Part shown: piece after piece, positions 11,065 to 23,177 of the stretch | Layout: every line of letters begins with the position of its first letter | Numbering within the stretch: the stretch's first letter is position 1 | Source: Acidobacteria bacterium RIFCSPLOWO2_02_FULL_67_21 | GTDB lineage: Bacteria; Acidobacteriota; Vicinamibacteria; Vicinamibacterales; UBA2999 | NCBI GenBank assembly: GCA_001767195.1 | Contig: MEKU01000001.1 | Coordinates: 51,705-115,704, forward strand | Direction of reading: 5' to 3' | Length of the DNA: 64,000 nt | Translations under genes and position numbers: made by a program | Notes under the pieces: model-generated | Seen by the model: the letters and a program-made list of their open reading frames with translations, nothing else | What the model was told of the DNA's origin: nothing | Database searches by the model: none

Positions 11065-11826
11065 TTACTCTCCGTCCTCCATCAGCATCTGCTCGGCCTT
11101 CTCCTTGAGGCTGTCCGGGTGCCCGGCCACGACCCCCGGTTCGACCGGTCCCTGCATGCGCGCGTAGACGACCGCCACGCCGAAGATCACGATCACCAGC
11201 GCGATCGACAGCCACTGCGGAATCTCGAACGCCACGACCCCTGCCGTGTAGAGGTAGTCGAGCGACAGCTTCATCCCGATCCACGCGATGATGACGAACG
11301 CGCCGTCCACGAGCGCCGGATACCGTTCGACGAGCGTGATCAGCTGGCCCACCACCATCCGGAGCGCCACGATCCCGAGAATCCCGCCGGTAAGCACGAC
11401 CCAGGTCTTCGGCGACATCGCCACGGCCACGAGGATCGAGTCGATGGAGAAGGCGAGATTCACCAGCTCCACGCGCACCACCGTCACCCAGAACGCGGAC
11501 AGGCCGAGCCACGGCTTCGCCCGCGGCGCGATCCGCCGATCCTCCCCTTCCTTGCCGCCCCAGAAATGCGAGCCCGTGAGGTACAGCAGGTACGCGCCGC
11601 CGCCGAGCTTCACCCACGTGATGCGAATCAGGTACACGGCGAGCATTGTCGCGATGATGCGGGCCGCGAATCCGCCGAGCAGGCCGTACCGCAGCGCCTT
11701 GCGATGCTGCGGCCGCGGAAGCCCCAGCACCATGATCGCCATCACCAGCGCGTTATCCGCGCTGAGGAGACCTTCGAGCCCGATGAGCAGGCCTATGGTG
11801 ATGAGGTCGGTGACCTGGATGGGCAC
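11065..11826 (-). CDS. TerC-family integral membrane protein (paralog 1)
   Basis: In-frame GTG at 11826 within ORF 11065..12270. Conserved blocks LEGLLSADNALV, RKALRYG, SIDSILVAVAMS and RYPALVDGAFVII. The part of the long ORF upstream of 11826 is a shadow of paralog 2. Confidence 0.85.
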   Translation of the reverse strand: MPIQVTDLITIGLLIGLEGLLSADNALVMAIMVLGLPRPQHRKALRYGLLGGFAARIIATMLAVYLIRITWVKLGGGAYLLYLTGSHFWGGKEGEDRRIAPRAKPWLGLSAFWVTVVRVELVNLAFSIDSILVAVAMSPKTWVVLTGGILGIVALRMVVGQLITLVERYPALVDGAFVIIAWIGMKLSLDYLYTAGVVAFEIPQWLSIALVIVIFGVAVVYARMQGPVEPGVVAGHPDSLKEKAEQMLMEDGE

Positions 11827-11837
11827 GCCCGACGATC

Positions 11838-12584
11838 TTACCCGTCCGGCCTGTCTCTCGCGAGGACTTCCTGGGCTTCTTCGGCGAGCGGCGCGGCCTC
11901 CACAGGCCCTTCCAGCCGTGCCTTGATGAGCGCCACCGCGAAGATCACGACGATGAGCCCGAGCGACAGCCAGCGCGGAATCTCGAAGGGCACGTACCCG
12001 GCGGCGTGCAGATACTCGAGCACGAGCTTGATGCCGACCCAGGTGATGATCACGAACGCCCCGTCGACAAGGGCCGGGTAGCGGTTCACGAGCACCAGCA
12101 GCTGCCCGATCACGAGCCGCATCGCCACCACTCCCAGGATGCCGCCGGTGATGATCACCCAGAGCTTGTTCGACATCGCGACGGCCACGAGAATCGAGTC
12201 GATCGCGAACACGATGTCGGTCAGCTCCACTTTGACGACCGTCGACCAGAAGGGGGACATCCCGAGCCATGAGGTCGCCGGTTTCGGCCGGCGCCGCGAT
12301 GCCGCGTCCTCACTCCCGGCGAAATGCTGATACGGCAGCCAGAGCAGATAGGCGGCGCCGATGAGCATCACGAACTGGATTCGAATCAGGTACACGGCGA
12401 GCAGGATCGCGACGACGCGAAAAACAAACGCGCCGACGATCCCGTACCGAAGGGCTTTGCGCTGCTGCTGACGTGGGAGCCCGAGGACCAGAACCGCGAG
12501 CACCATCGCGTTGTCCGCGCTGAGCAGCCCTTCGAGCGCCACCAGCAGCGCGACGGTGACGAGATCGGCAACCTGAAAATCCAA
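11838..12584 (-). CDS. TerC-family integral membrane protein (paralog 2)
   Basis: 248 aa with a TTG start. It aligns along its full length with the neighbouring paralog (LEGLLSADNAMV, RKALRYG, IDSILVAVAMS, RYPALVDGAFVII). Confidence 0.85.
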   Translation of the reverse strand: MDFQVADLVTVALLVALEGLLSADNAMVLAVLVLGLPRQQQRKALRYGIVGAFVFRVVAILLAVYLIRIQFVMLIGAAYLLWLPYQHFAGSEDAASRRRPKPATSWLGMSPFWSTVVKVELTDIVFAIDSILVAVAMSNKLWVIITGGILGVVAMRLVIGQLLVLVNRYPALVDGAFVIITWVGIKLVLEYLHAAGYVPFEIPRWLSLGLIVVIFAVALIKARLEGPVEAAPLAEEAQEVLARDRPDG

Positions 12585-12621
12585 GCGTCTTTCGATCCTA
12601 CCGGAAGCCGCCCGCCCAACA

Positions 12622-12650
12622 TTGACGCACGCCGTATCAAGGCCTACACT
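12622..12650 (+). promoter_or_regulatory. candidate sigma70-type promoter of the hspR operon with an overlapping HAIR-like inverted repeat
   Basis: TTGACG (12622-12627), a 17-nt spacer, then TACACT (12645-12650). ATTGACG-N7-TATCAAG (12621-12641) loosely matches the HspR operator CTTGAGT-N7-ACTCAAG. The start codon GTG lies at 12665, so the leader would be very short. Confidence 0.4.
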
Positions 12651-12664
12651 CAGATCATATCAAG

Positions 12665-13003
12665 GTGGAACGCGAGCTCTATTTCATCAGCATGGCGGCG
12701 GAGATGCTGGGCATGCATCCCCAGACGCTGCGGAAGTACGAGCGGCTGGGGCTGATTCAGCCGTCCCGCACGATCGGCAGCATGCGTCTGTACTCACGGG
12801 AGGAGCTGGAGCGGCTGCGTCTGATCAAGCACCTGGTCGACGAAGCCGGCATCAACCTGGCCGGGGTGCAGAGGCTGCTGGTCGTGGCCGAGGTGATGCA
12901 GCGCATCCGCCCGCTGATGGACGAGCACGCGCTGAGCACCGGCGCCGGCCGGCGGCAGCTGCTCAACGAGATCCGGCGCCTCAACGAGGCCCTGGGGCTG
13001 TAG
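12665..13003 (+). CDS. hspR: MerR-family heat-shock repressor HspR
   Basis: 112 aa with a MerR HTH (YFISMAAEMLGMHPQTLRKYERLGLIQPSRTIGSMRLYSREELERLRLIKHL). It is followed directly by a dnaJ-like gene and clpB, a classical HspR regulon context. Confidence 0.85.
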   Translation: MERELYFISMAAEMLGMHPQTLRKYERLGLIQPSRTIGSMRLYSREELERLRLIKHLVDEAGINLAGVQRLLVVAEVMQRIRPLMDEHALSTGAGRRQLLNEIRRLNEALGL

Positions 13004-13005
13004 CC

Positions 13006-14007
13006 GTGGAATTCAAGGACTACTACGCGACGCTCGCCGTCTCCAAGGCAGCCTCCGAGAAGGAGATCAAGCAGACCTACCGGAAGCTCGCCCGCAAGTT
13101 CCACCCGGACGTCAACCCGGGCGACAAGCAGGCGGAGACGCGCTTCAAGGAGATCAACGAGGCCTACGAAGTGCTTGGCGATCCGGCCAAGCGCAAGAAG
13201 TACGACGAGCTCGGCGCCAACTGGCGCCTGTACGAGCAGGCCGAACGGCAGGGCGGACCGAATCCGTTTGCCGGCCAGTGGAACGTCAACATGGACGGGG
13301 ACGGGGGCGGGGGCGGCGCCGGGTTCCGGACGATGACACAGGAGGAGATGGAGGAGCTCTTCGGGGACGCCCATCCGTTCTCCGACTTCTTCACCACGTT
13401 CTTCGGCGGCGAGGCAGACACGCGGCGCGGGGCGCGCGGGCGCGCCCGGCAGCGCGCCGGGCGCGACATCGAGCACGAGATCGAGCTGGCGCTCGAGGAC
13501 GCTTACCACGGCGCGACGCGGCGGCTGTCGCTCAAGCACGGCGGCCACGCGCGTACCGTGGACGTGCGCATCCCGGCCGGCGTCGGCGACGGATCACGCG
13601 TGCGCGTGGCCGGTGAAGGCGAGCATGGCGCCGGGGGCGCCACCTCGGGCGATCTGTACCTCCGCGTGCGCCTCGCGCCGCACCCGGAGTTCGAACGCAA
13701 GGGGCGGGACCTGTATGTGAAGGTCCCGGTGCCGGTGCCGACCGCGGTGGTGGGGGGCGAAGCGGAGGTGCCGACGCTGGCTGGCCGGCCGGTGCGGCTC
13801 CGGATTCCGTCGCTCACGCAGAACGGACAGCTCTTTCGACTCAAGGCGTATGGGATGCCGCGCGTGGGCCACCCGGACGACAAAGGGGATCTCTACGCGC
13901 GGGTCGAGGCCCAGCTCCCGACCGAGCTCTCGGCGGAGGAGCGCGAGCACTACGAGGCACTGGCCAAGACAGCAGGGGGAGCCGCGAAGAAGCACAGCGC
14001 GGCGTAA
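13006..14007 (+). CDS. cbpA: DnaJ-class co-chaperone without zinc finger (CbpA-like)
   Basis: GTG at 13006, in frame with ORF 12622..14007. J domain KDYYATLAVSKAASEKEIKQTYRKLARKFHPDVNPGD, then a Gly-rich linker and C-terminal substrate-binding domains. There is no CxxCxGxG repeat. Confidence 0.88.
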   Translation: MEFKDYYATLAVSKAASEKEIKQTYRKLARKFHPDVNPGDKQAETRFKEINEAYEVLGDPAKRKKYDELGANWRLYEQAERQGGPNPFAGQWNVNMDGDGGGGGAGFRTMTQEEMEELFGDAHPFSDFFTTFFGGEADTRRGARGRARQRAGRDIEHEIELALEDAYHGATRRLSLKHGGHARTVDVRIPAGVGDGSRVRVAGEGEHGAGGATSGDLYLRVRLAPHPEFERKGRDLYVKVPVPVPTAVVGGEAEVPTLAGRPVRLRIPSLTQNGQLFRLKAYGMPRVGHPDDKGDLYARVEAQLPTELSAEEREHYEALAKTAGGAAKKHSAA

Positions 14008-14013
14008 GACGTC

Positions 14014-16627
<2,614 letters not shown>

Positions 16628-16635
<8 letters not shown>

Positions 16636-16696
16636 GCAGTATGCAGCACATGACACTGCCTATCGCTGCCTACTGCCAACTGCCTACTGCCTACTG
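16628..16696. repeat. 7-nt-periodic inverted array (word CTGCCTA / TAGGCAG)
   Basis: Left arm GGCAGTA GGCAGTA TGCAGCA. Right arm CTGCCTA TCGCTGC CTACTGC CAACTGC CTACTGC CTACTG. It contains the clpB stop (TAG 16633-16635) and ends 4 nt before the ftsH ATG. Confidence 0.85.
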
Positions 16697-16699
16697 ACG

Positions 16700-18619
16700 A
16701 TGGCCACACCCCGAATTCCACCCGTCATGAACCCGCGGGACAAGCGTCCCGGCGACCGCCGCTCCGTCCCGCGGCCGGGACGTCCGGCCGGCGCGGTGTG
16801 GTACGTGCTCGCGTTCGTGATGGTGATGGCGCTGGCGCAGGCCTGGTTCCTGGCGCCGGCCGGCCGGCAGATGTCCTACAGCGAGTTCAAGAGCGCGGTG
16901 CGCGGCGGCCAGGTGGCCGAGGTCGTCGTCGGCGAGCAGGCGATCCGCGGCACCTACAATCGCGACGTCAACGGCAGCCGCAACTTCAATGCGGCGCGGA
17001 TCGAGGATCCGAAGCTTCTCGAGGAGCTCGACGCGGCGGGGGTCAAATACACCGGCGAGTTCGTCAGCCGATGGCTGCCCGAGGTGATCGGCTGGGTCGT
17101 TCCCATCCTGCTGCTCTTCGCGCTCTGGAGCTTCTTCTTCCGCCGGATGGGCGGCGCCGAGGGCGGCGTGATGTCGTTCGCGCGCAGCAAGCACCGCGTC
17201 TTCGCCGAAGACGACGTCAAGGTGAGCTTCGCGGACGTCGCGGGGGTGGACGAGGCCGAGCAGGAGCTCAAGGAGATTGTCGAGTTCCTGCAGAACCCGA
17301 AGAAGTACACCGCGCTCGGGGGCCGTATTCCGAAGGGGGTGCTGCTGGTCGGCCCTCCCGGCACCGGCAAGACGCTGCTCGCCCGCGCCGTGGCCGGCGA
17401 GGCCAAGGTGCCCTTCTTCAGCCTGAGCGGGTCCGAGTTCGTCGAGATGTTCGTGGGCGTCGGCGCGGCGCGCGTGCGGGACCTGTTCGCGCAGGCGGAA
17501 CAGAAGGCACCCTGCATCATCTTCATCGACGAGCTCGACGCGCTCGGCCGCGCGCGAGGCGCGAACCCGATGGGGTCGCACGAGGAGCGCGAACAGACGC
17601 TCAATCAGCTCCTGGCGGAAATGGACGGCTTCGACTCCCGGAAGGCCATCATCATCATGGCGGCGACCAACCGCCCCGAGGTGCTCGATCCCGCCCTGCT
17701 CCGCCCCGGCCGGTTCGACCGGCAGGTGCTGGTCGACAAGCCCGACGTGAAAGGGCGCGAGGAGGTGCTGCGGATTCACACCAGGCAGGTCAAGCTCTCC
17801 GCGGATGTCAACCTGAAGATCGTGGCGGCGCGCACGGCGGGGTTTGCCGGCGCGGATCTGGCCAATCTGGTGAACGAAGCGGCGCTGCTGGCCGCGCGCA
17901 AGGACAAGACGGCGGTGGAAATGCGCGACTTCGAGGAGGCGATCGACCGGCTGATTGCCGGCCTCGAGAAAAGGCGCGTGATGAGCCGCAAGGAGCGCGA
18001 GATCGTGGCCTATCACGAGTCGGGCCACGCGATTGTGGCGACGATGCTGCCCGACATGGACCCGGTCCACAAGATCTCGATCGTGCAGCGCGGGTTCGGC
18101 GCGCTCGGCTACACGATGCAGCTGCCGCTCGAGGATCGCTATCTGATGCAGCGCGGTGATCTCCTCAATCAACTGGCCGTGCTGCTCGGCGGCCGCACGG
18201 CCGAAGAGATCGCGCTCGGCGAGATCTCGACGGGCGCACAGAACGACCTGCTGCGCGCCACCGACATCGCCCGTTCGATGGTCACCGAGTGGGGCATGAG
18301 CGACGCGCTCGGCGCCATCAACTACGACGGCCACAAGCGCAACAAGTTCCTCGATATCACGCTCGGACCGGAGCGGGGGCCGTACGGCGAAGATACGGCG
18401 CGGCTGATCGACGCCGAGGTGAAGCGCATCATGAGCGAGGCGCACAACCAGGCCCGGAAGATCCTGACCGCGCACCGCGGCGATCTCGAGTCGGTGACGC
18501 GCCGGCTGCTCGAGCTCGAAGTGATGGAGGGCCAGGAGCTGCGCGCGCTGCTCGGCGTGCCGCCCCCGGCGGCCGAGCCGTCGCCCGAAACGACGCCGCT
18601 GCCGTCCGGAATCCAGTGA
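16700..18619 (+). CDS. ftsH: ATP-dependent zinc metalloprotease FtsH
   Basis: 639 aa with two N-terminal TM segments, an AAA module ([18 protein letters not shown], second region of homology) and the HESGH zinc site. Confidence 0.98.
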   Translation: MATPRIPPVMNPRDKRPGDRRSVPRPGRPAGAVWYVLAFVMVMALAQAWFLAPAGRQMSYSEFKSAVRGGQVAEVVVGEQAIRGTYNRDVNGSRNFNAARIEDPKLLEELDAAGVKYTGEFVSRWLPEVIGWVVPILLLFALWSFFFRRMGGAEGGVMSFARSKHRVFAEDDVKVSFADVAGVDEAEQELKEIVEFLQNPKKYTALGGRIPKGVLLVGPPGTGKTLLARAVAGEAKVPFFSLSGSEFVEMFVGVGAARVRDLFAQAEQKAPCIIFIDELDALGRARGANPMGSHEEREQTLNQLLAEMDGFDSRKAIIIMAATNRPEVLDPALLRPGRFDRQVLVDKPDVKGREEVLRIHTRQVKLSADVNLKIVAARTAGFAGADLANLVNEAALLAARKDKTAVEMRDFEEAIDRLIAGLEKRRVMSRKEREIVAYHESGHAIVATMLPDMDPVHKISIVQRGFGALGYTMQLPLEDRYLMQRGDLLNQLAVLLGGRTAEEIALGEISTGAQNDLLRATDIARSMVTEWGMSDALGAINYDGHKRNKFLDITLGPERGPYGEDTARLIDAEVKRIMSEAHNQARKILTAHRGDLESVTRRLLELEVMEGQELRALLGVPPPAAEPSPETTPLPSGIQ

Positions 18620-19806
18620 ACCCCGCCTACTCGGTCGCGCGTACCGTCGCGCCGACGGTGGCGGAGCACCTGCAGCTCCATCGCGCGGCGCTGCCCCCGA
18701 CCGATCCCGAGCGGCCGCCGCTCGAGCTGCTCCCGACCGCCAGGCAGATCGAGGCGCTCGTCGATACCGCGTTCTGGGCCAGCGTCCGGCGCGAAGAGGG
18801 CTATATCCCGAAGATCTCACTCGCCTTTCTGCGGCCGATCCCCGAGGTGTGTCCGCTCGTGTTCGAGGAGCCGCTGCCCCTCGACCCGGGCGCGCTCACC
18901 CGCCTGGCGGCCGCCGTGGAGCAGCCCGGCATCCACCTGGGCGTCTGGCCCGCCTTCGCCGCCGGCGGGAAATCAGAGCCGGCAGCTTCGGCGGGACAAG
19001 CCCGGGACGGCGAGCTCATCGTCTGGGGCACCACGCACACCATCCCGCCGTTCTGCTTCGTCGTCGAGGTCGTGGGCCCGGGGCTGCTCGTGCTGAAGCA
19101 CCGGCCGCGGCACGAGTCACGGAAGTTCGTGAACGTCGCCGTGCTCGAAGGGGATCGCATCAAGATCGTCGACGAGGGGGCCTCGCGGATTGCCGACTGC
19201 CCCGCCCTCCTCACGTCGATGCTCGGGTTCGACGCCGCCTCCATGCAGGACGATGCGCTGAACGTGCAGGTGCAGCTGGCGCTCGCCATGCGGCGGCACG
19301 GGAGAGGCGGCATCCTCCTCGTCGTACCGTCCGGCAGCGAGGCCTGGCGGGAGTCTATCGTCAGGCCCATCCGCTATGCGGTGCAACCTGCCTTCTGCGA
19401 GCTGACCGAGCTGCTGCACAGGCACGGCAGCCTGCCGGAGCATGAGTGGTCGGACCTGGTCACCCGCGCGATCGAGGCGCTGGCGGGCCTGACCGCCGTG
19501 GATGGCGCCACGGTCATCACGGACCGGTATGAGCTGCTCGCGTTCGGCGCCAAGATCGCGCGGCGCGACGGCGACCCGGCCGCGGAGGAAATCGTCGTCA
19601 CCGAGCCGATCGTCGGTGGCGCTGTCCATCGGATGCACCCGGGACAGCTCGGCGGGACGCGGCACCTGGCAGCCGCGCAGTTCGTGCACGATCAGCCCGA
19701 CGCCGTCGCGCTCGTGGCGTCGCAGGACGGACGCTTCACCGTCTTCGCCTGGTCGCCCTGCGACGGCACGGTGCACGCGCACCGGGTCGAGGTGTTGTTG
19801 CTCTAA
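18616..19806 (+). CDS. hypothetical protein with C-terminal diadenylate-cyclase-like (DisA_N/DAC) fold
   Basis: GTG at 18616 overlaps the ftsH stop (GTGA). The C-terminal region carries DAC-like blocks: GGILLVV, VDGATVI (DGA at 19501-19509), and [11 protein letters not shown]...[15 protein letters not shown] (RHL at 19660-19668, where canonical DAC has RHR). Confidence 0.6.
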   Translation: MNPAYSVARTVAPTVAEHLQLHRAALPPTDPERPPLELLPTARQIEALVDTAFWASVRREEGYIPKISLAFLRPIPEVCPLVFEEPLPLDPGALTRLAAAVEQPGIHLGVWPAFAAGGKSEPAASAGQARDGELIVWGTTHTIPPFCFVVEVVGPGLLVLKHRPRHESRKFVNVAVLEGDRIKIVDEGASRIADCPALLTSMLGFDAASMQDDALNVQVQLALAMRRHGRGGILLVVPSGSEAWRESIVRPIRYAVQPAFCELTELLHRHGSLPEHEWSDLVTRAIEALAGLTAVDGATVITDRYELLAFGAKIARRDGDPAAEEIVVTEPIVGGAVHRMHPGQLGGTRHLAAAQFVHDQPDAVALVASQDGRFTVFAWSPCDGTVHAHRVEVLLL

Positions 19807-21467
19807 TCCGTCAGACAGCCTTCGGACGCCGAGCGCACCAGCTTGATGTACTTGCCCAGCACGCCGGTGGTGGCGCGTGGCGCGGGCGCGCGCCATGCCG
19901 CACGCCGGGTCTCGAGCTCGCGGTCGGAGAGATCCACGCGCACCTCGCATACGGCGGCATCCACCGTAATCCGATCGCCGTCGCGCAGCAGCGCGATCGG
20001 CCCGCCCTCCTGAGCCTCCGGCGTCACGTGGCCGATGATGAACCCGTGGGATCCACCCGAGAAGCGGCCGTCGGTGATCATCGCAACGTCCTTGCCGAGA
20101 CCCGCGCCCATGATGGCCGAGGTCGGCGTGAGCATTTCGGGCATGCCCGGCCCGCCTTTCGGCCCCTCGTAGCGGATCACGACGACCGAGCCTTTGGCGA
20201 TCTCGCCCCGCTCGAGGCCCGCCAGCATCGCTTCTTCCGAGTCGTACACTTTGGCGGGGCCGGCAAACCGCTCCCCTTCCTTGCCCGTGATCTTCGCGAC
20301 GGCGCCGTCGGGCGCGAGATTGCCGCGAAGAATCCGTATGTGGCCGCGCGGGGACACGGGATCCTCAACCGGATGGATCACCTGCTGGCCGGGGGTCAGG
20401 GCGGGAAGGTCGGCCAGGTTCTCGGCGATCGTCTTGCCCGTGACCGTGAGGCAGTCGCCGTGCAGGTACCCCCGCTCGAGCAGGTATTTCATGACCGCCG
20501 GCGCGCCGCCGGCATTATGGAGATCCTCCTGCACGTACCGGCCGCTCGGCTTGAGATCCGCGAGGAGCGGCACACGGTCGCTCGCGCGCTGAAAATCGTC
20601 GAGCGCGAGGGGCAGGCGGGCCGTCCGGGCGATGGCCATGAGATGCAGGACCGCATTGGTCGATCCCCCCACCGCCATGATGACGGCCAGCGCGTTCTCG
20701 AGCGACTTGCGCGTGAGGATGTCGAGCGGCTTGAGGTCGCGTTCGAGCAGGTGACGGATCGCCGCCCCGGCGCGCCGGCACTCGTCCGCCTTGCCCTCGT
20801 CTTCGGCCGGCGTCGACGAGCTGTACGGGAGCGACAGGCCCATCGCCTCGATGGCGACCGCCATCGTGTTGGCGGTATACATGCCCCCGCACGCGCCCGG
20901 GCCCGGACAGGAGTGCCGGACGATGTCGAGCCGCTGCGCGTCGGTGATGACGCCGGCCAGATACTCGCCGTATGACTGGAACGCCGAGATCACGTCTCGA
21001 GGCGCGCCGAGCGCCTGGCCGGGCCGGATCGTGCCGCCGTACACCATGAGCGACGGCCGGTTGAGCCGCACCATCGCCATGATCGAGCCCGGCATGTTCT
21101 TGTCGCAGCCGGGCACGGTGACGAGCGCGTCGTACCACTGCGCGCCCATCACGGTCTCGATGGAGTCGGCAATGAGGTCGCGGGACGGGAGCGAATAACT
21201 CATCCCCTCGGTCCCCATCGAGATCCCGTCGCTCACCCCGATCGTGTTGAACCGGAGCCCGACCAGACCGGCCGCCTGGATGCCCTCTTTGACGTACGCG
21301 GCCAGCCGATCGAGGTGCATGTTGCACGTGTTGCCTTCCCACCACATGCTGCAGATGCCGACCTGCGGCTTCTGCAGATCCGCGTCGGTGAGGCCCGTGC
21401 CGTACAGCATGGCCTGCGACGCGCCCTGGCTGCGCGGCTGGGTAACCCTGGAGGAGTACTTGTTCAC
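19803..21467 (-). CDS. ilvD: dihydroxy-acid dehydratase
   Basis: GTG at 21467 gives [26 protein letters not shown]..., a typical IlvD N-terminus. The start overlaps the ilvC stop (GTGA). The upstream part of ORF 19803..21614 overlaps ilvC. Confidence 0.95.
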   Translation of the reverse strand: MNKYSSRVTQPRSQGASQAMLYGTGLTDADLQKPQVGICSMWWEGNTCNMHLDRLAAYVKEGIQAAGLVGLRFNTIGVSDGISMGTEGMSYSLPSRDLIADSIETVMGAQWYDALVTVPGCDKNMPGSIMAMVRLNRPSLMVYGGTIRPGQALGAPRDVISAFQSYGEYLAGVITDAQRLDIVRHSCPGPGACGGMYTANTMAVAIEAMGLSLPYSSSTPAEDEGKADECRRAGAAIRHLLERDLKPLDILTRKSLENALAVIMAVGGSTNAVLHLMAIARTARLPLALDDFQRASDRVPLLADLKPSGRYVQEDLHNAGGAPAVMKYLLERGYLHGDCLTVTGKTIAENLADLPALTPGQQVIHPVEDPVSPRGHIRILRGNLAPDGAVAKITGKEGERFAGPAKVYDSEEAMLAGLERGEIAKGSVVVIRYEGPKGGPGMPEMLTPTSAIMGAGLGKDVAMITDGRFSGGSHGFIIGHVTPEAQEGGPIALLRDGDRITVDAAVCEVRVDLSDRELETRRAAWRAPAPRATTGVLGKYIKLVRSASEGCLTD

Positions 21468-22483
21468 ACGCTGGCCGGCTGGGGCAGCTTCACGGGATCC
21501 AGGAAGGGCATCATGTCGCGCAGCTTGGACCCGACGATCTCGATCGGGTGGTTCCGGTCGCGCTCGCGCATGGCCTTGAAGTTCGCGCAGCCGGTCTCGT
21601 TTTCGGCGATCCACTTCTTCGCGAACTCACCCGACTGAATTTCCTTCAGGAGCTGCCTCATCGTGGCCTTCGTTTCAGCCGTCACGATGCGCGACCCGGC
21701 TGTGTAGTCGCCGTACTCCGCGGTGTCGCTGATGGAGTACCGCATGTAGGCGAGACCGCCCCGGTACATCAGGTCGACGATCAGCTTCAGCTCGTGCAGG
21801 CACTCGAAATAGGCGATCTCTGGCTGGTACCCCGCCTCGATCAGCGTCTCGAAACCGGCCTTGACGAGCGCGCTGGTGCCGCCGCACAGGACCGCCTGCT
21901 CGCCGAACAGGTCGGTTTCGGTTTCCTCGGCGAACGTCGTTTCGATCACGCCCGCCCGCGTGCAGCCGATGGCCCTGGCGTACGACAGCGCGAGCGCACG
22001 GCCCTGTCCGGTGACGTCCTGATGCACCGCCAGCAGGCCCGGCGTACCACCGCCCTCCTCATAGACCTCGCGCACCCGGTGCCCCGGCGCCTTCGGCGCC
22101 ACCATCGTCACATCCACGTCCGCCGGGGGCACGATCCAGTTGAACCGCACGGCGAACCCGTGGGCGAACATCAGCATCTTGCCCGCCGTGAGGTGCTGTT
22201 TGATGTCGGCCGTGTAGACCTTGGCCTGGTGCTGGTCCGGCACCAGCACCATGATGACGTCGGCCCACTTGGAGGCCTCCGCGATGCCCAACACCCGCAC
22301 GCCGGCGGATCGCGCCTTCGCGACCGACGTGCTGGTGGACGGCAGCCCGACCGCCACGTCGACGCCGCTGTCCTTCAGGTTGAGCGCGTGCGCGTGGCCC
22401 TGCGATCCATATCCAATGACCGCCACCTTCTTCCTGCGGATCAACTGGATGTCCGCGTCGTCATCGTAAAACATCGTTGCCAT
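21464..22483 (-). CDS. ilvC: ketol-acid reductoisomerase
   Basis: 339 aa, [40 protein letters not shown]..., a class I KARI. Confidence 0.97.
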   Translation of the reverse strand: MATMFYDDDADIQLIRRKKVAVIGYGSQGHAHALNLKDSGVDVAVGLPSTSTSVAKARSAGVRVLGIAEASKWADVIMVLVPDQHQAKVYTADIKQHLTAGKMLMFAHGFAVRFNWIVPPADVDVTMVAPKAPGHRVREVYEEGGGTPGLLAVHQDVTGQGRALALSYARAIGCTRAGVIETTFAEETETDLFGEQAVLCGGTSALVKAGFETLIEAGYQPEIAYFECLHELKLIVDLMYRGGLAYMRYSISDTAEYGDYTAGSRIVTAETKATMRQLLKEIQSGEFAKKWIAENETGCANFKAMRERDRNHPIEIVGSKLRDMMPFLDPVKLPQPASV

Positions 22484-22493
22484 TCGGTCCTCT

Positions 22494-22584
22494 CAATAAA
22501 TGCTCAATGCCCAATGCCTCATGTCCCAATCTATCCCAAACACGTTCTGCATTGGGCATTTTGCATGGAGCATTGGGCATTGTT
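22494..22584. repeat. 7-nt-periodic inverted array (word CCCAATG / CATTGGG)
   Basis: Left arm CTCAATG CCCAATG CCTCATG TCCCAAT. Right arm CATTGGG CATTTTG CATGGAG CATTGGG CATTGTT. It fills the ilvN-ilvC gap. Confidence 0.85.
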
Positions 22585-23087
22585 CAGACGTATTGCGCGG
22601 CGGAGAGCGCCGTGTCGCCCCGGCGCATCGCGACCTGGCCGGTCCGCACCATCTCGATGATGCCGAGCGGCTCGAGCCGGCTGATGACGGCATCGACGTG
22701 CGGTGGCTCGCCGGTGATCTCGAGCGTGATCGTCTGCTCGCCGGTGTCGACGATATGCGCGCGCGTCTCGTCGACCACGCGCAGGAGCGCGGCCCGGTCG
22801 TGCCCACCGACCGCCACCTTGATCAGGGCGAGGTCGCGCGCCACGGCCGGGACGCTGCCGAGATCCTCGACCTGTATGACGTTGACGAGCTTGTACAGGT
22901 ACGCCGTCACCCGCTCGGCGCTCGCCTGATCGCTGTCAATCACGATCGTCATGCGCGAGACGCCCGGCTCGGCCGTGCGTCCGACGGTCAGCGATTCGAT
23001 GTTGAAGTTGCGGCGGCGAAAGAGCGACGCCACGCGGTTGAGAACACCCGGCTTGTCTTCGACGAGCGCGACCAGTGTGTGATGCAT
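22584..23087 (-). CDS. ilvN: acetolactate synthase small (regulatory) subunit
   Basis: ATG at 23087 gives MHHTLVALVEDKPGVLNRVASLFRRRNFNIESLTVG, an ACT domain. The TTG at 23099 in the ORF track lies inside the upstream repeat. Confidence 0.93.
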   Translation of the reverse strand: MHHTLVALVEDKPGVLNRVASLFRRRNFNIESLTVGRTAEPGVSRMTIVIDSDQASAERVTAYLYKLVNVIQVEDLGSVPAVARDLALIKVAVGGHDRAALLRVVDETRAHIVDTGEQTITLEITGEPPHVDAVISRLEPLGIIEMVRTGQVAMRRGDTALSAAQYV

Positions 23088-23089
23088 GT

Positions 23090-23172
23090 CAAATCCCAAC
23101 TCCCAAGTCCCAAGGTCCCAACGCCCCCAAACCCGCCTCTCCCTTTGGGATTTGGGACTTGGTCATTGGGCT
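23090..23172. repeat. 7-nt-periodic inverted array (word TCCCAA / TTGGGA)
   Basis: Left arm ATCCCAA CTCCCAA GTCCCAA GGTCCCAA. Right arm TTGGGAT TTGGGAC TTGGTCA TTGGGCT. It fills the ilvB-ilvN gap. Confidence 0.85.
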
Positions 23173-23177
23173 TTGTC

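Noticed and set aside
11065-12270. A 401-aa ORF suggesting a single large TerC fusion protein.
   Set aside because: The N-terminal ~147 aa are an out-of-frame read through the second TerC paralog (Arg/Gly-rich). A GTG at 11826 gives a protein collinear with the paralog from its first residues.
12585-12664. A yybP-ykoY (Mn2+) riboswitch upstream of the TerC genes.
   Set aside because: Only 80 nt are available and they are shared with the hspR promoter. I could not find the conserved four-helix junction sequence features.
12622-14007. A 461-aa ORF extending the DnaJ-like protein upstream across hspR.
   Set aside because: The extension is a shifted-frame reading of the hspR gene. The J domain begins right after the GTG at 13006, 2 nt after the hspR stop.
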